64,000 nt of DNA from Prevotella sp. Its GTDB lineage: Bacteria > Bacillota_I > Bacilli_A > ML615J-28 > CAG-313. The position numbers were made by a program, and so were the translations under genes. The notes beneath the pieces were generated by a model, which worked only from the letters and a program-made list of their open reading frames with translations, searched no databases and was not told the DNA's origin. The stretch is taken from assembly GCA_023665755.1 (NCBI GenBank), contig JAMPDF010000001.1, forward strand, positions 479,474 to 543,473. The letters are read 5' to 3'. Numbering within the stretch: the first letter of the stretch is position 1; each line of letters opens with the position of its first letter. This document shows positions 19,661-28,446 of the stretch, piece after piece.

Positions 19661-21571
19661 TTATTTTCCTAAAGTCTTGATTTCTGTTAACATCATCTCA
19701 ATAAAATGATTTAATTCCATCGTAACGGACTCATTTGAGCCGTGGTGGCGATACGTAATTGTGCGATTTTCCTTCTCCTGATTTCCTAATACAAGTGTAT
19801 ATGGAATCTTTTTCATTTGACTCTCTCTAATTTTATAATTCATTTTTTCATCACGTTCATCAATAGAAACACGAATGCCTACTTGATGCAACAAGTTTTC
19901 TACTTCTTTAGCATACTCACCATGTGCTTCTAAATTAACAGGAATAATAACCATTTGTTTTGGCGCAAGCCAAAGTGGAAATGCACCAGCAAAATGTTCA
20001 GTAATAATACCAATAAACCTCTCTAATGAGCCAAAACAAGCACGATGAATCATTACTGGAGTTTGCTTTGATCCATCTTCCGCAATATATTTGCAATTGA
20101 ATCGACCAGGCAGTTGCATATCTAGTTGCACTGTACCACATTGCCAAATTCGGTTCATAGAATCTCGCAATTTAAAATCCAATTTTGGACCATAAAAAGC
20201 ACCATCTCCAGGATTGATTTTAAATTCGTGACCCGTAGCAAGGCAAGCTTCCTTCAATGCCTTTTCAGCCTCATCCCATACTTCAACTGTACCTATAAAA
20301 TTATCTTCAGGTCGAGTCGATAATTCAATTGCATAATTTAAACCAAATACAGAGTACACTTCATCATATAAAGAGATAATCTTTGCTACTTCATCGCCAA
20401 TTTGATCTTCGCGAAGGAATGTGTGTGCATCATCTTGCGTAAATCCTCTTACTCGGAATAAACCATTGAGGGCCCCACTTGCCTCATAGCGGTGAACATT
20501 ACCTAATTCTGCATAACGAAGTGGTAATTCTTTATAGGAGTGTAAACCATTGTTATATACCAAAATAGCCCCTGGACAGTTCATTGGCTTAATGGCATAA
20601 GTACCATCTTCTACATCAATTGTAAACATATCTTCTTTGTAATGATCCCAATGCCCAGATGTTTCCCATAATTCACGGTTTAACATAATTGGAGTATTGA
20701 TGACAGAATATCCTTTTTCACGATGGAGTTGAATCCAAAAATCTTCAAGTGTTCTGCGCAAAATATATCCATTAGGTAACCAAAAAGGGAGTCCTGGACC
20801 ATATTCACTTATCATAAATAAATCAAGTTCTCTTCCTAATTTACGATGATCACGTTTTTTTCTTTCTTCAAGATTGTGTAAATGTTGTTTTAAAGCTTCT
20901 TCACTTGCAAAACAAGTCCCATATATTCTTTGTAACTGCGCTTTAGACGAATCTCCTCGCCAATAAGCACCACTAATACTCAAAAGCTTAAAGTGTTTCA
21001 ACCATTTTGTACTTGACACATGAGGTCCTCGGCACAAATCGCGAAAATCACCTTGTTCATAAATCGTAATGACAGCATCGTTTTCAAACTCTTGAATGAT
21101 TTCTGTTTTATAAATATCTTCTTGAAACAAAGACAAAGCTTGGTCTTTAGAGACTTCATAACGAGTAATCGTTTCACCTGCGGCAACTAATGCTTGCATT
21201 TTCTTTTCAATTTTTGGTAAATCCTCTTCCGTCAATTGGATACCACCCAAATCCATATCGTAATAAAAGCCTTCTTCAATTGCTGGTCCTACACCAAACA
21301 TAGCTTGAGGGTACAATGCTTTGATAGCCTGCGCCAATAAATGTGCACAAGAATGATTAAATATATCTTCATATCCATTAGATATAGCGGTTACCAATTC
21401 GATTTTTCCATCCTCATAAAGTGGTTTAGATACATCAATCAATTGATCATTGAATCGAGCAATCACACATTTTTTGGCAAGTCCACTAGAAATGCCAGTT
21501 GCTATTTGAAGGGGAGTAACTCCTTCTTCAAACGCCTTAACAGATAAATCTGGAAATGTAATTTGAATCAT
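19661..21571 (-). CDS. thrS: Threonine--tRNA ligase
   Basis: 636 aa; TGS N-domain, class II core motifs, anticodon-binding C-terminus; T-box leader upstream. Confidence 0.93.
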   Translation of the reverse strand: MIQITFPDLSVKAFEEGVTPLQIATGISSGLAKKCVIARFNDQLIDVSKPLYEDGKIELVTAISNGYEDIFNHSCAHLLAQAIKALYPQAMFGVGPAIEEGFYYDMDLGGIQLTEEDLPKIEKKMQALVAAGETITRYEVSKDQALSLFQEDIYKTEIIQEFENDAVITIYEQGDFRDLCRGPHVSSTKWLKHFKLLSISGAYWRGDSSKAQLQRIYGTCFASEEALKQHLHNLEERKKRDHRKLGRELDLFMISEYGPGLPFWLPNGYILRRTLEDFWIQLHREKGYSVINTPIMLNRELWETSGHWDHYKEDMFTIDVEDGTYAIKPMNCPGAILVYNNGLHSYKELPLRYAELGNVHRYEASGALNGLFRVRGFTQDDAHTFLREDQIGDEVAKIISLYDEVYSVFGLNYAIELSTRPEDNFIGTVEVWDEAEKALKEACLATGHEFKINPGDGAFYGPKLDFKLRDSMNRIWQCGTVQLDMQLPGRFNCKYIAEDGSKQTPVMIHRACFGSLERFIGIITEHFAGAFPLWLAPKQMVIIPVNLEAHGEYAKEVENLLHQVGIRVSIDERDEKMNYKIRESQMKKIPYTLVLGNQEKENRTITYRHHGSNESVTMELNHFIEMMLTEIKTLGK

Positions 21572-21584
21572 TTTATTTTCTCCT

Positions 21585-21880
21585 TTTTCTAAAAAATAAA
21601 AGCCTTAGAAGAACGTGCAATAATACACGTTTTTCTAAGGACGAAAAAACAACGGCTTTTAAATTGCTTCGCGCGGTACCACCTTAGTTCAAAGAATTCT
21701 CTCTTTGCAACTTTCTTCCTTTAACGCAGGAATCAACGTCTGTTATTTCTAGCAGCAACTCCCAGGGAGTAACAATTAGGCGTTATTGAGTTGTTTCCAC
21801 TATCCAACCTCACTAATCAATTCGTTTCTAACTATCGTATCCTGTTCTTTGTCTTTATAATCATTAAACTTATTTATATT
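21585..21880 (-). promoter_or_regulatory. T-box riboswitch leader of thrS
   Basis: Minus-strand transcript contains the T-box AACTAAGGTGGTACCGCGCG (forward coordinates 21669-21688). It is followed by terminator hairpin CCTTAGAA...TTCTAAGG plus a U-run (21590-21645) and then a GGAGAAAATAAAATG RBS/start. Confidence 0.8.
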
Positions 21881-21920
21881 ATACAACAAAATATTATTTT
21901 TTTCAGTAAAAATGAATTAT

Positions 21921-24428
21921 TTATTCTATTTCTGGTGTGTATTCTCGAATGGCCAAAACAATGAGTAATTCATCTAGTTGCATCAATTCTTCATCAGTAG
22001 GTGCTTCTTTGGTCAATATATCCAAAGCATATTGAATTTGTTCTGCAGGTTGGTTACTTAAAAATACATATAAATCATTGTCATTTACATCCAAACCTTG
22101 TAGTTCAAATATCATTTCTAAAATGGCTTTAACATCCTCTACTGCCTTAGCATTTTGGACAAAGGTCAAATAATTTTCTAAGCAAATTTTTTCTCCATCC
22201 ATAACACCACTAGATTGAATCATCTGATTTTGTAATAGCATACGTGCATATTGTTTCAATCCATCAAAATGTTCAAAGAGAGTTTGATAAATTTGATCTA
22301 CTGTTACACCTTCAGGAAGATGACCATAAGTTAAACTAAATAAAGCTCCTTTTATATATTTTTCATGGGTTGAAATATAATATGCATCAATATAGTCAAA
22401 TAAAACTGGAGATACTGCTTCTACTAAATACATAATTTCTTCAGTACTTGGTGTACCACCATTGGCAATATTCGTGACAAAAGCGATTATAAATGTTTCA
22501 TCCAATTCTACCTTAGATAAGGTTCTCACCAACACTACTACTTCGTCTGCCAATTCCTTTAATACCGTTTTATCTAATTCAAATCCAAAGAATAAACTAA
22601 AAGCAGAAGGAATATCGATCGGTAATGTATTTAATTTATCAATAATAGCATCTAAGTAAGTATCTAATGTAGCACCACCCATTTGAATATTGCCTAATAC
22701 CAAAACCGATAAATCTTGTACCAATTTACCTACTTCTGCCATTGCTAGTTCCTCTTTTGTTGTATCACCAAAGACAAAATATTGAATCATTGTCATCAAA
22801 TCATAATGCTTAGTATCAATTTTTTTAATGAAATCAAGTACATCTTCAAGAGTTGCAAGGTCCTCTTTTGTTATTTCAATAGAAATATTACCTATCATTC
22901 CTGAAAGAGCTGGATTCATACTGATGAACAATGCCTCATAAGGGAATACGTCCAATAAATCATTGATGACAACAAGTTCTGCTTCTGTAGGCAAAATTGA
23001 TTTGATGACATCAACGATTTGGTTTTTCAAAATCAAAATTTGATTGAGCATACCTAAAAACTCTGTACTATCTGTTACATTAGGCAATTGTTGAATCAAA
23101 CCAACAAGTTGAGGAACAACCATAAACAACGTTTTTGACTTAGCATAACCTTTATTCACAAAAGTAGTTAGCCCTTCTAAATGTTGTTCCAAATAGGCAT
23201 CTAATGCTCCATCCTTTTCTTCAAGAGCCTTTAGCGCTTTTTCATAAACTATTTGACCCACCATCGATTGTTGTTTTTGATAGAACAAATATAATACATT
23301 GTAATCGTCTACAGTTAGTGGTGCATTCAACAGAAGTACAATTTCGTTCAAATTGAGTGCATATGTTTTACCCAACATCTCACTTGTAAATGTTATTGTT
23401 TCACCATTTCTTCTCATTTGATAAGGCATCATACCTGAGCATGCTTGTGAAGCTAAAGTCAAAATTGGATTAGTAGTAGTAGCACCTGTACTAAAAGAAA
23501 GCAACAAATTTGGAGCAACTAAATTCATAAATTGATCATCGTCAAATACAGATTGAACTGTAGAAGTATATGCTCCACTTTGAACTACTTTGTCAAATAA
23601 TTGTTGCATACCCTGTTTTTCATCTTCTGTAAAATCCATTTCTAATCCATCTTGGTTATTTATAATTTGATAACGCATATTCATATCTAGATAGGTTAAA
23701 CCCAGAGCAAGGTAAGCATTTAATTTCTTACTTTCGAGGACTTGAAGAATGCCTTCTTCTCCTGCATTCATCACCATTTGCACTTCTTGAATTGTTAGAC
23801 CATACTTTTTTAAAACATAAGCAAGCATAGTTGCATCGTTTACTCTTGTTTCATCTAAGCCAAATGTTTCCATACAAGCTGTAACTTCTGCTTCAGAAGG
23901 CCCCATAACATAATGTATTTCCTCCGATGGAACAGACTTCTTATAATCAGTTGTTTGAGGCAATGTTACAACAGAAATGATGGCACTTTCGATATTTCCT
24001 AAAGCATAAGCATTAGTAGTAACAGAATGTGAAACCCCATCTACATATACCAAATATCCACCTGCATTTTCAACTGCATCCCATTTTACCACGCCGTCTT
24101 CTACTCTAACGTGGTTTGGGGTTGGCATTGCGGGAAGGACAGACTCATCCTGCCACTTCGCAAGCAGTGTAATATTATCATTAATTTTTGTGGCAAAATC
24201 AAATTTTTCACCATTTAAAGTCCAATACAAAAAAATATATCCCTCACGGGTTGGATCTGCAGGAGCTTGAATGGTTGAACCCTTCTTAGTTTCTATCGCT
24301 GAAACAGCAGTTCCACCTTCACTACCAAATGTGACCTTGACTTTTTTTTGACAAGATGCCAAAAAAAGGCCCAGTGTTAAAGCGATACATAAAATAAAAT
24401 ATCTTTTCTTCATAACCTTTCCTTTCAA
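21921..24428 (-). CDS. Large surface lipoprotein with N-terminal Listeria-Bacteroides repeat (PF09479-like) domain
   Basis: Lipobox LFLASC; VTFGSEGGTAVSAIETKKGSTIQAPADPTREGYIFLYWTLNGEKFDF...LLAKW repeat; 835 aa, remainder unknown. Confidence 0.6.
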   Translation of the reverse strand: MKGKVMKKRYFILCIALTLGLFLASCQKKVKVTFGSEGGTAVSAIETKKGSTIQAPADPTREGYIFLYWTLNGEKFDFATKINDNITLLAKWQDESVLPAMPTPNHVRVEDGVVKWDAVENAGGYLVYVDGVSHSVTTNAYALGNIESAIISVVTLPQTTDYKKSVPSEEIHYVMGPSEAEVTACMETFGLDETRVNDATMLAYVLKKYGLTIQEVQMVMNAGEEGILQVLESKKLNAYLALGLTYLDMNMRYQIINNQDGLEMDFTEDEKQGMQQLFDKVVQSGAYTSTVQSVFDDDQFMNLVAPNLLLSFSTGATTTNPILTLASQACSGMMPYQMRRNGETITFTSEMLGKTYALNLNEIVLLLNAPLTVDDYNVLYLFYQKQQSMVGQIVYEKALKALEEKDGALDAYLEQHLEGLTTFVNKGYAKSKTLFMVVPQLVGLIQQLPNVTDSTEFLGMLNQILILKNQIVDVIKSILPTEAELVVINDLLDVFPYEALFISMNPALSGMIGNISIEITKEDLATLEDVLDFIKKIDTKHYDLMTMIQYFVFGDTTKEELAMAEVGKLVQDLSVLVLGNIQMGGATLDTYLDAIIDKLNTLPIDIPSAFSLFFGFELDKTVLKELADEVVVLVRTLSKVELDETFIIAFVTNIANGGTPSTEEIMYLVEAVSPVLFDYIDAYYISTHEKYIKGALFSLTYGHLPEGVTVDQIYQTLFEHFDGLKQYARMLLQNQMIQSSGVMDGEKICLENYLTFVQNAKAVEDVKAILEMIFELQGLDVNDNDLYVFLSNQPAEQIQYALDILTKEAPTDEELMQLDELLIVLAIREYTPEIE

Positions 24429-24494
24429 TTATTTATTTTTACTTTATTATACTACTAGAAATACTTTTTTTCAATATCTTTTTTATTTCTTCTT

Positions 24495-25361
24495 TTAATC
24501 TCGATAATTTTGGTCATTCAATTCAATAAATTCCATTAAGGTACGAATGCGTTCATAAATTCTAGCTGCTTTCAATACATCTACATCTTTGCTTCCTTCT
24601 TTTAGATGTTCAAGTAAAAGTGCCGCATCTAAATTAGAGCTCATAAAAGTCAGTGATTTTTTTGTCATTCTTTCTTGAAGAATAGCACCTAAAACTTCAT
24701 CGCGAATGAAACTGCTACTTGTTTCACCACCAAAATCATCCAAAATTAAAATTTCAACATTTTTTAACTCCTCAATAAATGTTTCTAAATCTCCACTACC
24801 AATTGCACTTTTAATTGAACGAACCAAATCAGGATAGTATGCAAATATCACTTGATGGCCTGCCTCAGAAAATCTTTTTGCTAAATACGCTAATAAATAG
24901 GTTTTTCCACATCCATATGCGCCATGAAGAAATATACCTTTTACGGGCTCATTTTGCTCATATTTGCTAATACATGTTTTGATTGTTTCCAATACCTTTT
25001 TTCGTTTTTCGTTAATGTAAATTTGATCAAAATTAAACATTTGAAAAGAACAAGAAAGCAAAATTAAATTATTTTCTTTAGACTGTTCATTTTGATGAAT
25101 CAATTGGTAAGAACATGGAACATAATTCAATTCAAAATGAATACCATTATGACTCATCTCTGGTTGATATCCACGACTATTTTGGGTACACTGTGACAAA
25201 GATTGGCAATGACGACATTTTTCCTTTTTGAGAACATAGGCTAGCAAAACATTTAAGTCTTTATCCACTTCTTCTAATGATAGTTCATTTTGATTGACCA
25301 TTTGTCGAATTGTATCGTCTTTTAGCACTTTTTTTAGCAATTCATTGCGACTATTATTCAT
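24495..25361 (-). CDS. dnaI: Primosomal helicase loader DnaI
   Basis: N-terminal Zn-binding CRHCQ...C region and AAA+ Walker A GIFLHGAYGCGKTYL, Walker B ILILDDFG. Start at MNNSRNELL with a GAGGAG RBS, overlapping the dnaB stop. Confidence 0.88.
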   Translation of the reverse strand: MNNSRNELLKKVLKDDTIRQMVNQNELSLEEVDKDLNVLLAYVLKKEKCRHCQSLSQCTQNSRGYQPEMSHNGIHFELNYVPCSYQLIHQNEQSKENNLILLSCSFQMFNFDQIYINEKRKKVLETIKTCISKYEQNEPVKGIFLHGAYGCGKTYLLAYLAKRFSEAGHQVIFAYYPDLVRSIKSAIGSGDLETFIEELKNVEILILDDFGGETSSSFIRDEVLGAILQERMTKKSLTFMSSNLDAALLLEHLKEGSKDVDVLKAARIYERIRTLMEFIELNDQNYRD

Positions 25362-26655
25362 TTTTATTCTCCTCTTTTTTATTGGGATTAAAAAAGTCAT
25401 CTAATTCATCTAGTTGACTTGTTGTTGGTGCCAATATTTCAACTGGTTTTGATTCTAAAATTCCCTTTTGATAGTCTTCATACCAAACAGGAACACCTTT
25501 TGTTGGTTTTCCTTTATGACTTGATGAAGTCGGCTTTTTCTGGATATAATGAATGGCATCTAATGTTGATTTCACCTTTGCCCTCTTCCAAGTATGAATG
25601 ATTTTTAAAAAATAATTATAACTGGGAATTTGACCATCTAAACCTTCTAACACATAACCAATCATCACATTCAATACACCAATACTAATACTTGTATCTT
25701 TTAATAATTGATCAAACATATTAATTTCTGAAGCAGTTAACGCGATTCCCGTCTTTTGTTTAACGAACTCATTTGGACTAGCAGATTCCAAAAACTGAAT
25801 CAGTTTCGCATTTTCTCCTGCAGCAGGATGCATCGTTGCTTTTGGAATAACCCCTAACTTCTTTCCCTTTTTTTCATACGCTTTTTTCGCATAAGTAGCA
25901 ATTTCTTCTAAATGAACCTCTTTTTTCTCATTGCAAGATAAAATCACGACATCTTTCATTTCATTAGGAGAAAGTTGATATAAAAAACTATACCTAGTAA
26001 TGGTATCAATAAATTCTTGATCTGTTAATACTTCTGGTTTTATTACATCATGAGCACTCAGTAAAACGCTAAAATAAGCATAGTCAAATGCCTTTTCTGA
26101 AAGAGTAATCCCATTATTCTTTCCTGCAAATATCTGTTGCGAAACAACGATACTATCTGACAACTCTAATGCAAATACATCATCAAAATTATGGTTGATA
26201 CACTCAAATTTGTTTAAATCCAATTTTCTCATAACAAATTCACAATATGTTTTAAAGTAAGCCTCATACCCAATTTGGTATTCTAATAAAGTGGCTAGTT
26301 CTATATTTTCGAAAAAGGCAATGCCATCTAATGGCTTTTTCATCACATAGACATATAAATTATCGCTATAGTAGGTATCCATTAATCCAATCGCTTCTAA
26401 TTTATTGCGAATATCAGTAAATCGCTCAATGGATCGCAAATGCATCAAGCGAACAATCTTTTCATGTTGTTCTATATCTGATTCGTTACAGCCTTCTGCG
26501 ACTAAAGAATACAAAGCTTGATATAGTGAAATCACTTTATCACCTACTATAGGCATATAAAGTTGTAATAACACCTTCTGATCATAATTAGATAATGGGG
26601 TAACTATCATCACTTCAAAATCACTCAAATGTGAGAGTGGATAATTATTGTTCAT
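25354..26655 (-). CDS. dnaB: Replication initiation and membrane attachment protein DnaB (B. subtilis-type, DnaD-like domains; not the replicative helicase)
   Basis: 433 aa; position upstream of dnaI; DnaD/DnaB-2 type repeat (YQLSPNEMKDVV..., ...FDQLLKD). Confidence 0.75.
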   Translation of the reverse strand: MNNNYPLSHLSDFEVMIVTPLSNYDQKVLLQLYMPIVGDKVISLYQALYSLVAEGCNESDIEQHEKIVRLMHLRSIERFTDIRNKLEAIGLMDTYYSDNLYVYVMKKPLDGIAFFENIELATLLEYQIGYEAYFKTYCEFVMRKLDLNKFECINHNFDDVFALELSDSIVVSQQIFAGKNNGITLSEKAFDYAYFSVLLSAHDVIKPEVLTDQEFIDTITRYSFLYQLSPNEMKDVVILSCNEKKEVHLEEIATYAKKAYEKKGKKLGVIPKATMHPAAGENAKLIQFLESASPNEFVKQKTGIALTASEINMFDQLLKDTSISIGVLNVMIGYVLEGLDGQIPSYNYFLKIIHTWKRAKVKSTLDAIHYIQKKPTSSSHKGKPTKGVPVWYEDYQKGILESKPVEILAPTTSQLDELDDFFNPNKKEENKNE

Positions 26656-27016
26656 CTTGATATCCCTTACTTTTTAAAATCAACACTTTATCTATGGCAT
26701 CATAAATGGCTTCTATCAATTTAATTCCTCTTCCAAACGGAAGAAAATAATGCGTATTCACTTTCAATAATACTCCTGTTTCATATAATCCCATTTCCGA
26801 TAAAGTCACAATAATTTGTTTCCTTTTTCCTTCAAACAAAAGTTCATGATAATAATTATCTACATGTATCATTTGAAAACCAGCATTTTTGAGTACATTC
26901 GTTACTCGCATTTGCGTTGTTTGCAGATCATTTCCATAATACCTTGTTCTTAATTTAGGATTACTGCTTGTGCTAGATGTCTCAAAACTATTTCTAAACA
27001 TATCACTAATTGCCAT
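26645..27016 (-). CDS. Hypothetical 123-aa protein in the position B. subtilis reserves for nrdR
   Basis: Tightly overlapped with both neighbours (operon polA-mutM/coaE-orf-dnaB-dnaI). No NrdR zinc ribbon or ATP-cone motifs. Confidence 0.45.
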   Translation of the reverse strand: MAISDMFRNSFETSSTSSNPKLRTRYYGNDLQTTQMRVTNVLKNAGFQMIHVDNYYHELLFEGKRKQIIVTLSEMGLYETGVLLKVNTHYFLPFGRGIKLIEAIYDAIDKVLILKSKGYQDEQ

Positions 27017-28439
27017 AATGTTGTTTCACCTCTTTTATCATTTCGTTTATTTGTTCTATAGTATAACACAAATCCCTTGAATTATCAATGATATAGTCTG
27101 CCTTTTGACATTTTTCTTTTTGAGATAGTTGTGTTTGAATTCGGCGCTTTGCCTCTTCTTTAGATAAATGGTTGCGCTCAATCAATCGTTTAAGCTGGAT
27201 AGCATCATCCGCGTATATTACTACAATTTGATCACATAGTATATCAAATCCTGCTTCAAATAATAGTGGAACACTAAAGAATACAAAAGAATCTGTCATA
27301 CTATGAATTTTTTGAAGTGCTTTTTGTTGAACAATCGGATGGACCATCTGATTGACTTTTAATCTATTTTCTTCATTTTCAAAAACAATTTTCGCCAATT
27401 GACCATCATCTATTTTTCCGTTATCAAGCAATATTTTCCTACCGTATTCACTAGTCAAAACATTATAAATTGCCTTACCTACTGCTTTATATTCTGCTAC
27501 AATTTCATCAGCATCAATGACTTTATATCCAAGTGACCGTAAATACGTTGTTACTGTTGTCTTTCCCGTTGCTATTGATCCCGTAATACCAATGATTTTC
27601 GGTTCTTTCTTGATTTGACAAATAGGACAATAATAAGTTCCCCTCCCGCCAACTTTGATTTTTTGTATCTTCGTTTGACAAACAGGACAAGGATGTTTTT
27701 CCTGTTGATGCACAAGTAATTCTAATTGAAACAATCCTGTAACACCTAAACTACTTGTATAACTCCGAATGGTTGTACCACCTGCTTGAATCGCTTTTTT
27801 CAAAACAAATTGGGCATTTTCTAAGATATGAGAAACGTCCTCTATTGTTAAACAAGTAGATATGGTTTCTGGATGAATTCTACTTAAAAACAATACTTCA
27901 TCCACATAAATATTGCCCATACCACAAATCACTTCTTGGTTCAATAGTGCCGTTTTGATAGCAACTTGTGTATGTTGAAGACGCGCATATAGTTCCTCTT
28001 TGGTGAAATAGGGATCAATAGCCTCCTTCGCTAGTTTAGCAAGGGAGGGATATTGCATAATTTCATCTAAGTCAGTTGATGCAACAAGTGCCATTTTTCC
28101 AAATTTACGTGTATCATGATATCTAAAACTAATCTGATCATCTAAAGTAAATACAATATGCTCATGTTTATTTCTAGGTTCATCTATAGATTTTAAAAAG
28201 TATTTTCCTTCCATCCGTAAGTGAGATATGATCGTATAATGATCTAAGATAAAAAGCAAATATTTTCCATATCGTTCTATTTTTCGAAATGTTTCGTATT
28301 TTAGCTTTTCAATGAAAGTATCTGGCTCTACATTCTCAATCATTGGGGTATAGTATACAGCAACATCTGTGATTGTTTTTCCAACGATTTGATAAGTGAG
28401 TGTTTGTCGAACCGTTTCTACTTCTGGTAATTCTGGCAT
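27006..28439 (-). CDS. Fusion protein: formamidopyrimidine-DNA glycosylase (MutM/Fpg) plus dephospho-CoA kinase (CoaE)
   Basis: N-terminus MPELPEVETVRQ (catalytic Pro2/Glu3) through the Fpg zinc finger CPVCQ...YYCPICQ, then directly KIIGITGSIATGKTTV (CoaE P-loop) and a CoaE-like C-terminus; one uninterrupted 477-aa ORF. Confidence 0.8.
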   Translation of the reverse strand: MPELPEVETVRQTLTYQIVGKTITDVAVYYTPMIENVEPDTFIEKLKYETFRKIERYGKYLLFILDHYTIISHLRMEGKYFLKSIDEPRNKHEHIVFTLDDQISFRYHDTRKFGKMALVASTDLDEIMQYPSLAKLAKEAIDPYFTKEELYARLQHTQVAIKTALLNQEVICGMGNIYVDEVLFLSRIHPETISTCLTIEDVSHILENAQFVLKKAIQAGGTTIRSYTSSLGVTGLFQLELLVHQQEKHPCPVCQTKIQKIKVGGRGTYYCPICQIKKEPKIIGITGSIATGKTTVTTYLRSLGYKVIDADEIVAEYKAVGKAIYNVLTSEYGRKILLDNGKIDDGQLAKIVFENEENRLKVNQMVHPIVQQKALQKIHSMTDSFVFFSVPLLFEAGFDILCDQIVVIYADDAIQLKRLIERNHLSKEEAKRRIQTQLSQKEKCQKADYIIDNSRDLCYTIEQINEMIKEVKQHYGN

Positions 28440-28446
28440 AATTCAC

